A stretch of 52,271 nt of DNA from a virus (taxonomy: Duplodnaviria > Caudoviricetes), in IMG/VR virus record IMGVR_UViG_3300035070_002934, positions 1-52,271 of that record. One strand, written 5' to 3'. The notes beneath the pieces were generated by a model, which did no database searches, was not told the origin of the DNA, and saw nothing but the letters and a program-made list of their open reading frames with translations. The position numbers and the translations under genes were made by a program. Below are positions 35,180 to 45,136 of this stretch, one piece after another. Positions within the stretch are counted from its first letter, which is position 1. The number at the start of each line of letters is the position of its first letter.

Positions 35180-35526
35180 GATAAGTCACCTATGGCACTA
35201 CCGCGCAAATCACGCTTGAGGTCGAGCACTTGTGCTTCATCCATGCCCGAACGAGACACCCGGTAACGCTCCAGTATCTCGCCGCCTGCATGAATGATCT
35301 TCTTGTTGTGATTGTCGATCTTGTCAAGGTGCAGGTAAAAACCGAACTCACCCGATAGCGCCAGGTTTTGCACGGTCGCAATGTTGTTCTTCACATCAGC
35401 ATGGACGGCCCACATATAACCAGGGAAATGCTTGTGCAAACACTCACCTATTCGCTTAGACCACGCCATAGACTGCATTTCCGCCTGAATGTCGCTGTCA
35501 TCTTCTGCAAGAATGATATCAACCAT
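35176..35526 (-). CDS. conserved hypothetical protein
   Basis: 'L.KHFPGYMW.V...AGGEILERY' pattern between TerL and portal. Confidence 0.65.
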   Translation of the reverse strand: MVDIILAEDDSDIQAEMQSMAWSKRIGECLHKHFPGYMWAVHADVKNNIATVQNLALSGEFGFYLHLDKIDNHNKKIIHAGGEILERYRVSRSGMDEAQVLDLKRDLRGSAIGDLS

Positions 35527-35676
35527 GATTTATATTTGAGTCCACTGAGTGAGTGCTTTCGCCTGGCGGCTTAGGGTTTTGAGTAAACTGCTTTTGTCCG
35601 AATTGATAAGTCGGCTCTTTTGGTTTCTGTCCTGCTGCGTGATTAACGAGCGTGGCCCAATCGATTGTCTTTGCCA

Positions 35677-37245
35677 TTAGTCATAGTCCGGTTCGTATGA
35701 ATCAATACCGTCATACATGCGGAAGCCTCGCGCCATCTGCTGGAAGGCATCATTCCCATGTGACGACCAGTCGTGCCGGGGAATTGATTTGTAACACCCC
35801 ATCTTGTCGTTCCATTCTTTCCTGTAGTGATCTAACGCTTTAATTCCTGGCGCACACTTCTCTTCATCGAACCAGCACAGCGGCAAAATATCCCGCACTG
35901 CATGGATAGCATCGAGCTTGTCCGGCACCCTTGGCACCACTTCCACTCGAAAGCCTGCATCCTCTGCTATCTGTCTGCGTGATTTATTGTCGCCCTGCGA
36001 TAGATCCACAATGTCCGCATCGTGCGGCATGTACACTGTGCCGTAGAGGTAGTCGTAGTCTTTCCTTAGCTTGCGCAAGTAGAATTGAAGGCTTTCACCG
36101 CTGTTTTCGTAGTAATCGATCATGCGGTACTGGTTATTTGCGTACTGCATAAACCAGATAGCCATCGAATCGTTACGGCCCAGATCCCAAAACGTGTAAA
36201 CAGGTAGCCGCTGATCATATGGGAGCTTGAGAATCTGCCCCTTCTCCCTGATCTTCGCCATGATAGTCGCGTAGTACGCGCCATCAATTGACTGCTCAAA
36301 GGCTTCATCAGGTGTGCTTGGGTACTCGCGCTTCATGTCGTCCTGCAACACATCAGACTTCTTGACGTACCATGCACGCTGTCTATTCGTGGTTTTGATT
36401 CCGAAATCAGATTCAAGCCGCTCAAAATACGCCAGGCTTTGACTATCAATGACCACATGCTTAGGGTCCATCTGATAGTCTTTGTTCTCGTGCCACGGAT
36501 AGAAGTGAAAACGAAAATCCAGGAGCGTCAGCCCTTTCTTTTGCTTCTTTCTGTCCTGCGCTTCTTTGCAGTAGCTATAAAAATAGCCTTCCTGCCCTTC
36601 TGCCGTGCTTTCAATCGTTAGCACGCCATTAAGTGCCACCGCTTCAAACGCGCCTGTTACGATCTCCTGCGCCTTCTCCGGGTACTTGCGACATATCTTG
36701 CCAAACTCGGAAACGTGCAATCTTTGCAATGTACCGCCCCGGTATGAAACACCCACCCGGATTGACGATCCATTGCTGAAAACATAACCCTCATTCTTGT
36801 CTGTGGTCGGCGTAGGGAATGCCAATCCAATCAGGTCGAATATCGCCATCCACTCGCTTTCAATCAGTCGCTCATACGCAAACTTGATCTTGTTACGAAA
36901 GATATCCTTCGCATCGTCCAGCGTGTGAGCTATACAGCCAGCGGCGAAGTTGTCCGTAAACAAACAATCGTCCGTTGCATCAATCATCTCAAACGTGGTG
37001 AAGCCAAGTTGCCTGGCTTTTAGAATCACGTTTCGATTGTGGTTATCGATATACCGTTGCCGTTGCGCCTCATTCGGCGTAAACCGCACCACACGACCAT
37101 CTTTATCTTTGATCTTGTATAGCGCACAAAGCCTAAACCACTTCAGATTCAGTGCTTTTATCAAATCCTTTGGATTGTTTAACTCTTTGTTGTCTAACCT
37201 GGTTAAGTAGATATCAGCTTGTTTGACTTCTTCGGTTCTAATCAT
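35677..37245 (-). CDS. terL: terminase large subunit
   Basis: ILKARQLGFTT Walker A, LHVSEFG, ESTAEG, WDLG, HDWSSH..DA nuclease motifs. Confidence 0.95.
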   Translation of the reverse strand: MIRTEEVKQADIYLTRLDNKELNNPKDLIKALNLKWFRLCALYKIKDKDGRVVRFTPNEAQRQRYIDNHNRNVILKARQLGFTTFEMIDATDDCLFTDNFAAGCIAHTLDDAKDIFRNKIKFAYERLIESEWMAIFDLIGLAFPTPTTDKNEGYVFSNGSSIRVGVSYRGGTLQRLHVSEFGKICRKYPEKAQEIVTGAFEAVALNGVLTIESTAEGQEGYFYSYCKEAQDRKKQKKGLTLLDFRFHFYPWHENKDYQMDPKHVVIDSQSLAYFERLESDFGIKTTNRQRAWYVKKSDVLQDDMKREYPSTPDEAFEQSIDGAYYATIMAKIREKGQILKLPYDQRLPVYTFWDLGRNDSMAIWFMQYANNQYRMIDYYENSGESLQFYLRKLRKDYDYLYGTVYMPHDADIVDLSQGDNKSRRQIAEDAGFRVEVVPRVPDKLDAIHAVRDILPLCWFDEEKCAPGIKALDHYRKEWNDKMGCYKSIPRHDWSSHGNDAFQQMARGFRMYDGIDSYEPDYD

Positions 37246-37759
37246 CCGCTACTTTTGCGAGCAAATCAGCCAGAGAGCCCTTGGTAGTGATCTCTGTTTC
37301 CACTTTGTCAGTAAACAACTTCAGATGCTTGCCCAGCTTTTCCAGCGCATTCATCTTGTCGTTCAGCTTGTAGCGTCGCTCAACAATGGGCAGATCATTG
37401 CCGCCCGCCACCCGCTCAGTAAACTCCTGCACTGCCGCCATGTGCTCGCGCTTGATCCGGCCAGGCGGTAACATTTGCCCTTCTTCGTCCACAAAATCGG
37501 CCAGATTGATAAATGCAACCTTGGCAATCTCTTGCAGCACCATATCAGCCGTAATCTGTGTGCGCTTGGATCTTTCGGCCATGAGCTCGGCGATATACGA
37601 CTGCACTGCGGGCTTCTTTAGGTTCTTCGAGCCTATTTTTTGGGCATTGTCTTTCGACTTTACCTTATAGCCTGCCGCAATGGCTGCCTTTCCAGCGTCT
37701 AAGGTTTCAGTCGCCACATACTCTTCACAAAATAGCTTTAATAGCCCGGTCATTTTCAT
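37238..37759 (-). CDS. terS: terminase small subunit
   Basis: FCEEY..AAIAAGY..ITADMVLQE..KMNALEKLGKHL pattern. Confidence 0.88.
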   Translation of the reverse strand: MKMTGLLKLFCEEYVATETLDAGKAAIAAGYKVKSKDNAQKIGSKNLKKPAVQSYIAELMAERSKRTQITADMVLQEIAKVAFINLADFVDEEGQMLPPGRIKREHMAAVQEFTERVAGGNDLPIVERRYKLNDKMNALEKLGKHLKLFTDKVETEITTKGSLADLLAKVADD

Positions 37760-37861
37760 CGTGTTTTCTCCGTCCAGGGATAGGAGCATTGCTTATTGAT
37801 CGCGGTGATTTGCTCTCACCGTGATTGACGGTGTACCCGCCCCGTTGCTTGAACGTCAACA

Positions 37862-38143
37862 TCATGCATCTCTTTGCATCACATATGCATCAATGGATGG
37901 AGCTCCAGCGCCGTTGCTGGTCCGCAGTCTAATAACGGCGCCCCGCCATAGCCTGACCAGTTTTTCATTGCTGGATGTCAGCTCGCCATCCGCAAGCGGG
38001 TTGTAGCTTCCATCATCGCGTTTGCGCTCAATAAATACCGACTCACCATCAAAAGTTCCATCTACAATAATGACTACGTCAGCCTTTGCGAAGGCTATAT
38101 CTATGCTGGACGTGTTTTTCCCTGCACTTGATAGCACTCTCAT
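37862..38143 (-). CDS. hypothetical (possible virion) protein
   Basis: Coupled ORF. Confidence 0.55.
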   Translation of the reverse strand: MRVLSSAGKNTSSIDIAFAKADVVIIVDGTFDGESVFIERKRDDGSYNPLADGELTSSNEKLVRLWRGAVIRLRTSNGAGAPSIDAYVMQRDA

Positions 38144-38361
38144 TATTTTTTACCTGTCAGCTCTTCCAGCTCATTTTGAAGCTTGCGCTTCATCTCTTGC
38201 AGCTTGTCCTGCTTGAGCCTTAGTTTGATTCGCTTCGCTTCGAGCCTTGCCTTGCGCCCCGCTTTTCTGAGCTCCGCAACCATAGCCCAATCCGTACGCC
38301 ACGCAATTACTGCAACAATGACGATCGACACAGCAAGAAAACCAATCAGATCATTACTCAT
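38143..38361 (-). CDS. membrane-anchored coiled-coil protein
   Basis: N-terminal TM segment, basic coil. Confidence 0.55.
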   Translation of the reverse strand: MSNDLIGFLAVSIVIVAVIAWRTDWAMVAELRKAGRKARLEAKRIKLRLKQDKLQEMKRKLQNELEELTGKK

Positions 38362-38371
38362 TATCAGCCCC

Positions 38372-38776
38372 TTACAGCTTGAATATCTTGTTTGCGCCAG
38401 AATCCCAGGTGACGTTTATGTCACCGCCGTTTGGAGTGACCGGTAACGAACTGTCCGATGTTTGATCAATATAAGCTATCAGCTTGTCCGTGCTGTCACC
38501 TGCGACATGCTGATATGCCACAAGATAGGAGCATTCAGCGCCCGTCACAGCTGTAAAAGTAATATCTGCCGCATCCGCAACGCCTGCCGTTGTTGTTTTC
38601 GATGCCAGCGCGCCCGATGTTGCAACTACGTTAGCGCCTAGATCAGACACTGTCGTGTGCGTTGAAGCGTTAGGCGTATATGCCGTTGCCACAAGCTTTA
38701 CCCTGATATCATCCGTGTCATACGAGATATCACCCTTCAAAAAAAGTTCCCGCGCATTGTCATACAAGCCGCTCAT
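38372..38776 (-). CDS. minor structural protein
   Basis: 'D.IRV.LV..Y...DAADITF...LIAYID...PNGGDINVTW' pattern seen in phage structural proteins. Confidence 0.65.
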   Translation of the reverse strand: MSGLYDNARELFLKGDISYDTDDIRVKLVATAYTPNASTHTTVSDLGANVVATSGALASKTTTAGVADAADITFTAVTGAECSYLVAYQHVAGDSTDKLIAYIDQTSDSSLPVTPNGGDINVTWDSGANKIFKL

Positions 38777-38842
38777 TTGTTGACCCTCTAAAACGAAAAA
38801 GAGCCGCACAAGGCGACCCGTAAATTGAATAAAACTGTCAGT

Positions 38843-40327
38843 TTACGCTGCGATTGCTGTAACCACAGACTGAACAACCCCCGTCACAACTGGCGAAACA
38901 ATGGCGTAATCACTGGAAACGTATGTGAAATCGCCGCCAACAATGACCACGCGACCAAACGTCATACCTGAATAAATGCCTTCCGGTCTGATAAATAGTT
39001 GCGCAAGCCTTACCTCTGGCTGACCCATAACCTCGCCATTATTGGCAGATGTGACCGATACCGTAACATCGCCAACCAGAATCATGGGTTCGCCAATGAG
39101 TGCCGAAGAGCTGACACCCGTAGCGCTAATTGTCACCGCCTCTCTTGGTACCGATGGCAAGCCAAATGCTTCAAGAGACCCAATGCCAACCGGGGAAATG
39201 TCAACGCTTAGCGCCTGAACTTCTGGCTGTCCAAGCGCCTCGACAGATGTGATTCCGTCCGGCCTTACATAGGTACCTGCCGCAATTGACACAACCCCAA
39301 CAGCCTCACCAGAAGCAATGCCAAGCGTGGATATTGTCACTGAACCAGCGCTAACCGAGCACAGCCCGAACGCTTCCAGGCTAGGGATTCCTGACGGGAA
39401 TAGCTGCCTTGTCGTGTCTATTGTCACCTGCCCGAACGCCTCGCCAGATGCAATGGCGGACACTGACAGCGCTATTGCATTGAAGCTGATAGATGGCTGA
39501 CCGAACGCCTCACCTGTGACGATGGATGATACGAGCAGGGTTTGTGTGCTTGGGCCGCCGCCACCAGACTGCACAGGGAAATAGTACAGATCGTTAACAA
39601 GTTTTAGGATCTGATACGGATTATCTGACAATGACCTGATTTCACTGGCAGATAACGACCGGTCAAACATCAACACAAAATAAATATTGCCTGTGAAGAA
39701 ATCGGCGGGGTTTGTCCCGTTCGCTAATCGAAACCTCGTACCGATTGCGAGCGCTGCGGCATCCGTATCCATTGCCCCGGTTACGTTAAGAGCAGCGTCC
39801 TGTACGCCATTAACAAAAACCTTGGCCGTGGCAACGGTCAGGCTTGCGTCATACGTTGCGGCCAATGCGTATGACTTATTAGCTGTCAGTGTCGTTGCGC
39901 CAGTCAATGTTTTAGCTGCGTTGGCAACGAATGGGATAAACTCCAGCTTTGCGCCGGCCGTAATTCTAAACTGAAAATTTGCCAACCCCGACAGGTCGCT
40001 ATGACAGCCGACGATATTCCCGTTCCCAGTAAATGATGCGGGCTTTGCAACAGCCAGCACGGTAAAGCTTCCGTTGTGCGGCGACCTGTTGCCACACAAT
40101 AGGCCACTCCCGCCAGCAAAAGATCGACCCGAGCCATCTAAATCCATGATTTTTTGCTGGGTGCCGTAGGTGATCAATTGGCTTTTGTTGGCTGGGTCAT
40201 ATAGGTCATCAACCGCGATTAGACGTGTTAAGCCTCTTGCAATTGGATTACCACAATCAATCTCAACCAGGCCAGTCGGCTTGATTTTTGGCTGAGGAAA
40301 ACTAAACGATTTTGGGAGCTTTAACAT
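38843..40327 (-). CDS. LamG/concanavalin-like domain protein with C-terminal repeats
   Basis: LamG-like motifs (ATYD..KVFVNG..IG..F.G.I..FDRSLSASEI); about nine 'I.SGEAFG.P.V' repeats. Confidence 0.7.
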   Translation of the reverse strand: MLKLPKSFSFPQPKIKPTGLVEIDCGNPIARGLTRLIAVDDLYDPANKSQLITYGTQQKIMDLDGSGRSFAGGSGLLCGNRSPHNGSFTVLAVAKPASFTGNGNIVGCHSDLSGLANFQFRITAGAKLEFIPFVANAAKTLTGATTLTANKSYALAATYDASLTVATAKVFVNGVQDAALNVTGAMDTDAAALAIGTRFRLANGTNPADFFTGNIYFVLMFDRSLSASEIRSLSDNPYQILKLVNDLYYFPVQSGGGGPSTQTLLVSSIVTGEAFGQPSISFNAIALSVSAIASGEAFGQVTIDTTRQLFPSGIPSLEAFGLCSVSAGSVTISTLGIASGEAVGVVSIAAGTYVRPDGITSVEALGQPEVQALSVDISPVGIGSLEAFGLPSVPREAVTISATGVSSSALIGEPMILVGDVTVSVTSANNGEVMGQPEVRLAQLFIRPEGIYSGMTFGRVVIVGGDFTYVSSDYAIVSPVVTGVVQSVVTAIAA

Positions 40328-40339
40328 AGAAAACTCCCG

Positions 40340-40789
40340 TTAGGCGTGAGGGCCTATTGTTTTAGGCGTTATGTACAACGCCCAGTCTGAATCAATAGTC
40401 TGTCCACCGTTGTTTTGGATGTAAAAGTCGTACTGCTGGCTTGTTTGCGTGTTTGGCAGTCTAATATCAATCGCAATATATTGCTGAGTCGTCACATCGT
40501 TGAGCGGGAATGACCCAACATAAATGTGTCCAAAATTAGCGTCCGGCACATCGCCATCATTTGTAGACTGGATGTTGAGCGGACACAGGTAGAGATTGAC
40601 TGATCTGTTAGCAGTCGGCGCAGTAGTGTACGATGCAGACAAAACAACCGAGGCCATAGGCGCATCGTCGTCATTTGTCCATGTTGTAGCCGCCGCACCA
40701 AAAGCACCATCTACAACAGTTGAGCCGCTACCTGTAATTGTGTCCTGAGTGCCAAAAAATTCTATTGCTGCATTAGTAGTAATAGCCAT
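40340..40789 (-). CDS. hypothetical structural protein
   Basis: Beta-rich; coupled ORF. Confidence 0.6.
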   Translation of the reverse strand: MAITTNAAIEFFGTQDTITGSGSTVVDGAFGAAATTWTNDDDAPMASVVLSASYTTAPTANRSVNLYLCPLNIQSTNDGDVPDANFGHIYVGSFPLNDVTTQQYIAIDIRLPNTQTSQQYDFYIQNNGGQTIDSDWALYITPKTIGPHA

Positions 40790-41229
40790 TATTCAGCACC
40801 TCTGATATTTACAACGTCTACCATTCGGATATTGGGAAACTCAAGTTCAACAGTTTGGCCAATCTGCATGATTGCCGCCTTAACCACATCTGGATTAATA
40901 GATTGCGCTGCCAGCATGGCCGCAACGGTCGCATCCGCCAGAAACTCATCCAGAACAGCAACATTGCTGGCAACGGACAGATCGACCTGACCATCAGGCC
41001 CAAACCTTTTTTCCAGCGCGATACACATATTGCGTAGTGGAGTGTGTTCACCAACCGCGTTTTTCTGATCTTCGACCAGCGACAGCAGTCCGACAGACAG
41101 CAGGACACCGCTGATTTCTGCACCCGCTGCCATGCCATATTTAGTGACTGTTCTAGCGCGTAGTTGATCAAGCATCTCTTGATGACTTTGACCAGATTCT
41201 AGCTCCGCTATTGCTGTTTCAAGACTCAT
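40789..41229 (-). CDS. hypothetical protein
   Basis: Coupled ORF. Confidence 0.6.
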   Translation of the reverse strand: MSLETAIAELESGQSHQEMLDQLRARTVTKYGMAAGAEISGVLLSVGLLSLVEDQKNAVGEHTPLRNMCIALEKRFGPDGQVDLSVASNVAVLDEFLADATVAAMLAAQSINPDVVKAAIMQIGQTVELEFPNIRMVDVVNIRGAE

Positions 41230-41476
41230 GCGTCAAATCCTTGTTTTTATGTTCCCACTTAACTTTCTTCGCGCCCAGCGTTTCACAGTGCGTCAAAATT
41301 GCGCGGAAAACTGGTATTGAAAAATGCCCGTGCGCGGCGTAAACGTAGGCCGTGTCGTCGCCGCAGTATTTGATTTGTGCGACTGCGTCATATGTCTCGC
41401 GGTTTGCGTAGCTGTCTGCATTGCCGTTGACGTAAACGCGGCAGCTCTCTTCCTCAACTTTGAAATGCACGTGCAT
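41219..41476 (-). CDS. hypothetical protein
   Basis: Coupled ORF. Confidence 0.55.
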   Translation of the reverse strand: MHVHFKVEEESCRVYVNGNADSYANRETYDAVAQIKYCGDDTAYVYAAHGHFSIPVFRAILTHCETLGAKKVKWEHKNKDLTHES

Positions 41477-41868
41477 CAGATTTGCTCCGCCAGCACTGCA
41501 ATAACATGCACTGCAAACAGCGCTCCCGCGATTGACACCCAGCCAGCCCAGCCAGAGGGGTAATTCACAGTGCTTGGCCTATCGTGCTCGATCGCGTTGT
41601 TGCAATGATCATGCTCATCTCTGAGCATTAAAAACAGTCGATCTATAGTGTCAGCAAGTAGCGCCCAAACACCTTGATTTCTGTGCTTTCGGCGATTCAC
41701 TCCACAGCGGCCTGAAAAAGATTGATCTGGATGTCCGCCGGTCAGGGTGTTTAGAAACTGCGTTGCAGTCATCAGCAAGTGCCGCGAATATAATCCTAAC
41801 GCCGAGTTTGCAGGCGTGAATGCAGCTGATGCTATGACGACAATCCAAAAAGCTATGATGTAGCTCAT
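41476..41868 (-). CDS. membrane protein
   Basis: TM segments; 'NTLTGGHPDQSFSGR..ID.LF..HC' motif. Confidence 0.65.
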   Translation of the reverse strand: MSYIIAFWIVVIASAAFTPANSALGLYSRHLLMTATQFLNTLTGGHPDQSFSGRCGVNRRKHRNQGVWALLADTIDRLFLMLRDEHDHCNNAIEHDRPSTVNYPSGWAGWVSIAGALFAVHVIAVLAEQI

Positions 41869-41871
41869 TGA

Positions 41872-42174
41872 TCAGCCCTCAAATAGCCGCTGCTTTAATA
41901 GATAGCCTTCCAGCATCCAGATTTTGTTTCGCGCATTTTCAAAAGCTATTTTCTCGCCCAGTTCTTTATTGAAGTTCGCAGGGCTTGCGCAGGCTGACTC
42001 GCCCGTCACTGCGAATCCGTTTTGCAGTGTCAGGCAACAAACAGTCAAGCAGGTGTCACCGAAGACATGGAAAGCCTTGTCCTTTACCGCTTTATCGATT
42101 AGTTCCGGCGTCAACCTTGGTGCAGTCAACCCTTTATCTTGAATCTCTTGCTCTACCGCCGCTTCATTGCTCAT
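41872..42174 (-). CDS. Gp49-like phage family protein
   Basis: APRLTP..LTVCCLTLQNGF.VTGESAC.SPANF..IWMLEGYLL. Confidence 0.8.
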   Translation of the reverse strand: MSNEAAVEQEIQDKGLTAPRLTPELIDKAVKDKAFHVFGDTCLTVCCLTLQNGFAVTGESACASPANFNKELGEKIAFENARNKIWMLEGYLLKQRLFEG

Positions 42175-42731
42175 AGTGTCGCCCCCAGTGCCATCATGTA
42201 AGTGAGTGTTGCGCACAGGCCGCCCCGGATCAGCTCTTGCAACTGCCAGGTGTTTTTGTGCTTGTATTTGCCGCCCAGCTCGCGCGCCACTACAACGGCG
42301 ACCGGCATGGCGACCGGCATGGCGACAAAAATGTAAATAAACTCTGGATACCAGCATGACATAAGCAGAGCGGGTAACGCCCAGATCCCGCCTCGCGCAA
42401 TCAACGCAAGCACCGGATTAGTTTTTAGAATGCCGACTTGCCAGCGCTCTAAACCGGTTTTGCCCATCTCAGTGTCATAAAGTAGCGCACCCAGTGGCGC
42501 ACCCCAGCCGGGCCATTCACAGACCGCGAAAAGCAGGGCAAATCCGAGCGTAATTGCGGCCGTTTCAGACAGTCCATAGTCGCTGTAGATAGTAGCGAGC
42601 AACGCCAGACATGCGCCCATGAGCATGGCCTCGGCGAAATTGCTGATAATGGTCAGTTCTTTTGACCCACGGCACTTATCAAAAATAGAGCACATCGTTA
42701 TCAAAATGATCGCGATTATGAATTCTGTCAT
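42171..42731 (-). CDS. multi-pass membrane protein
   Basis: Several hydrophobic helices. Confidence 0.6.
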   Translation of the reverse strand: MTEFIIAIILITMCSIFDKCRGSKELTIISNFAEAMLMGACLALLATIYSDYGLSETAAITLGFALLFAVCEWPGWGAPLGALLYDTEMGKTGLERWQVGILKTNPVLALIARGGIWALPALLMSCWYPEFIYIFVAMPVAMPVAVVVARELGGKYKHKNTWQLQELIRGGLCATLTYMMALGATL

Positions 42732-43105
42732 TTTCCCAGCACCCCTTTTAATCCCTTAATCCCGAACGACGCACAAATTGCCGCCATGAATGACCACTGA
42801 TACCACTCGGGAGTTTTTGCCATCGCATCAAACCCGGCAATGATGTACGGCACAGCGCTAGGAAAGAACGATGCAAGAAAAGGCGCGGATAGAATCAGCG
42901 TTAAATACTCATCTTTCCAGCTGGATTCTGCCGCCTTCGCCTGCAACTGCTCCCAGCTCGCCACACTCTCTGCCGCAATCAGCATGGCCTTGGATTCGGC
43001 TTCGACTCTAACTATCTGCTTTTGCTGCTTACCTTTGATGTAGCTAGAGCCTAGCTCGATCAAATCACTGATAATAGGGATACCAGACAGCCAACTCATA
43101 ACCAC
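42728..43105 (-). CDS. holin-like protein
   Basis: SWKDE..P...PEWY..SFG pattern with TM segments, near the endolysin. Confidence 0.65.
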   Translation of the reverse strand: MVMSWLSGIPIISDLIELGSSYIKGKQQKQIVRVEAESKAMLIAAESVASWEQLQAKAAESSWKDEYLTLILSAPFLASFFPSAVPYIIAGFDAMAKTPEWYQWSFMAAICASFGIKGLKGVLGK

Positions 43106-43386
43106 CCCTTAACCAATGCGCCGACAAACGCAGCAACGATGAGCCAGCCGACTTTTGCAAAGGCTCCCGTCCAAACACTATTTTGAGAGACTGCCACCTC
43201 GATTTTTTCAACGCGCCCGGCAAAGCGTTCGAGTTTTTTAAGTATGATCTGCGTCAATTCTTCGTTGTTCGCTTGCCGCTCTTCGATTCTTGCCATACTG
43301 ACAAGCACTTCTTGTATCTTGTCGAGCTTGTTTTCGATCCTGAGCAACCGATTATCCGTGTTGTCCATACCAACCCCGCACATCAA
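43096..43386 (-). CDS. coiled-coil, C-terminally anchored lysis-region protein
   Basis: RIENKLDKI coil plus C-terminal TM. Confidence 0.6.
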   Translation of the reverse strand: MMCGVGMDNTDNRLLRIENKLDKIQEVLVSMARIEERQANNEELTQIILKKLERFAGRVEKIEVAVSQNSVWTGAFAKVGWLIVAAFVGALVKGWL

Positions 43387-43774
43387 AGCACGGGCAGTCC
43401 TTTGCCACCTCCGGGAAATCTCTATGACCCATCAATTGTGCGCCAGGGTATCTCGTCTGCATTTCATCTATGATGCTTCGTAGCGTGGTGAATTGAGCTT
43501 CTGTGAAGTTGTTCTCATCTTTGCCATCATCGTCAATACCGCCTACAACACAGATACCGACACTACAATGATTATGGCCGTACACGTGTGCGCCGACTGA
43601 ATTGAGTGCTCTACCAATCTCTAGCGAGCCATCGCGCCTGATGATCAGGTGATAACCAATGTCTTTCCATCCACGAGCCTTGTGCCAGTAGCGTATTTCT
43701 TCCGCGCCAATGTCCATACTTGTCGTTGTCGCACTACAATGCACCACGATGTAATCGGTTTTTTTTCGCTGCAT
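43352..43774 (-). CDS. endolysin, N-acetylmuramoyl-L-alanine amidase (T7 lysozyme-like)
   Basis: IVVHCSAT, IGYH, GAH, GHRD, KDCPCF motifs. Confidence 0.93.
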   Translation of the reverse strand: MQRKKTDYIVVHCSATTTSMDIGAEEIRYWHKARGWKDIGYHLIIRRDGSLEIGRALNSVGAHVYGHNHCSVGICVVGGIDDDGKDENNFTEAQFTTLRSIIDEMQTRYPGAQLMGHRDFPEVAKDCPCFDVRGWYGQHG

Positions 43775-43802
43775 GGATACTGCCTAACTCCAAATTTTGA
43801 GC

Positions 43803-43836
43803 AAAAAAAAAGCCCGGATATTTGACTATCCGAGCT
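43803..43836 (-). terminator. intrinsic terminator upstream of the lysis genes
   Basis: AGCTCGGATA-loop-TATCCGGGCT plus a long T run. Confidence 0.75.
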
Positions 43837-43906
43837 TTGGGTTGACTTATTGCAATTATGGGGATTTTACCCCCTATTTTTGCGTAAAGCTAGTATTGCT
43901 GTGTTT

Positions 43907-44308
43907 TCATACAGGTTTTTCCCAAAACCTTTGAGTCATATCAATGACCGCTAACCGCTCCGCTGCATTCCATCCCCGCGCCTTTGCCTTAAACTCTTCG
44001 TGATCAATGCCGTGGTGCGTTAGCAGCTCGGCCACATTCCCGTCGTACTTAATCGCCTCACTTACCTGCCAATCTAGCCCGGCAACTTCTTGCATCACAT
44101 CATCCGCCAACATATGCCCATTGTATGCCTGGCATAGCGCCAGCTTCTCACCTTCTGCAAGCTCCGGCATTACCGCCGCTATCAGTATGTTGTATCTCTG
44201 TGCGAGAGAGTTCAGCGACCCAGACCAGTTGGTCTCGCCGTTTTGCGTTAAGATTTTGCATAGCTTGATGGTTTCATCCACCAAGCGTACTGATTTTTTA
44301 ATAGCCAT
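43907..44308 (-). CDS. hypothetical protein, possibly with an RHH-like N-terminus
   Basis: KKSVRL beta-strand followed by helices. Confidence 0.6.
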   Translation of the reverse strand: MAIKKSVRLVDETIKLCKILTQNGETNWSGSLNSLAQRYNILIAAVMPELAEGEKLALCQAYNGHMLADDVMQEVAGLDWQVSEAIKYDGNVAELLTHHGIDHEEFKAKARGWNAAERLAVIDMTQRFWEKPV

Positions 44309-44317
44309 AATTCCCCC

Positions 44318-44337
44318 AAAAAAGGGGCTTTCGCCCC
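44318..44337 (-). terminator. intrinsic terminator
   Basis: GGGGC-GAAA-GCCCC-TTTTTT. Confidence 0.7.
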
Positions 44338-44346
44338 ATGTTTTAT

Positions 44347-45039
44347 TTATGCGTTAGCAAACTCCCTTAACTCTTCCATCCACTCGCTATCATCGCAAGT
44401 GTGATTGTCGATGAGGAGTTTCGCAACATTGGCCGGAATATCGTCACCGCTGTATAGTGCATCTGCCCAAAGATCCAGCAATTCGGATTTCATCGAATCA
44501 ACATCATTGAAAGACGAACTAAAGAAATATCCATTATCACCATCACAATCCAACAAGTCTTGTGCGTACTCGTCGAAACTCTTGCCCTCCGGTAGATATC
44601 CTCTGCCATCCAGCCACTCGCCAAGATCGTCAATCATGCCGCCCTCGTGGTCGCAGCAAAAGCCGTTTCCGTAGTCGTCCAATCTTTCGTAGACTTCTTG
44701 AGCCTCTGCGTTCAGCTTACCGACATAGTTATTGCCGTCCCACACCACATCAGCGCCATCCAGTATCTGCTGGAATGCTTCAGCGTTATCATTAATGATC
44801 TGTTCGATCTGATCCGCTGTTGATTGTGGGTTGATTGCAAACCGGATTACGATGCCGTGCCAGACACGTGCAGGTACTGCATTGCCTATCTCGCTAGTGT
44901 AATCAGCATCAATGTCGCCATCTTCAAGATCAAGCGTTATAAATGCTGGCTGGGCATTAAACTGCCCAGGGTATTTGCAATAGACTGGGAATCTTTCTGT
45001 TTTTTCGGAAGCGTTGAAAAGAATATTTAATGTGGTCAT
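44347..45039 (-). CDS. acidic hypothetical protein (230 aa)
   Basis: AAGGA RBS; D/E-rich. Confidence 0.75.
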   Translation of the reverse strand: MTTLNILFNASEKTERFPVYCKYPGQFNAQPAFITLDLEDGDIDADYTSEIGNAVPARVWHGIVIRFAINPQSTADQIEQIINDNAEAFQQILDGADVVWDGNNYVGKLNAEAQEVYERLDDYGNGFCCDHEGGMIDDLGEWLDGRGYLPEGKSFDEYAQDLLDCDGDNGYFFSSSFNDVDSMKSELLDLWADALYSGDDIPANVAKLLIDNHTCDDSEWMEELREFANA

Positions 45040-45094
45040 GATGTTTATCCTTACTTACGCCCTCATTGAAGGGGCTGATTAGTTGGTGTACTCA

Positions 45095-45136
45095 AGGTAC
45101 GATTTAACTATATCTCACTCGTATCGCACCTGTCAA
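45095..45136 (-). promoter_or_regulatory. sigma70-like promoter with an overlapping inverted repeat
   Basis: TTGACA(45136-45131)-18 bp-TATAGT(45112-45107); AGGTACGAT/ATCGCACCT inverted repeat. Confidence 0.65.

Noticed and set aside
42296-42326. 12-bp tandem repeat (VAMPVAMPVA)
   Set aside because: Short in-frame duplication in a TM segment with no further structure
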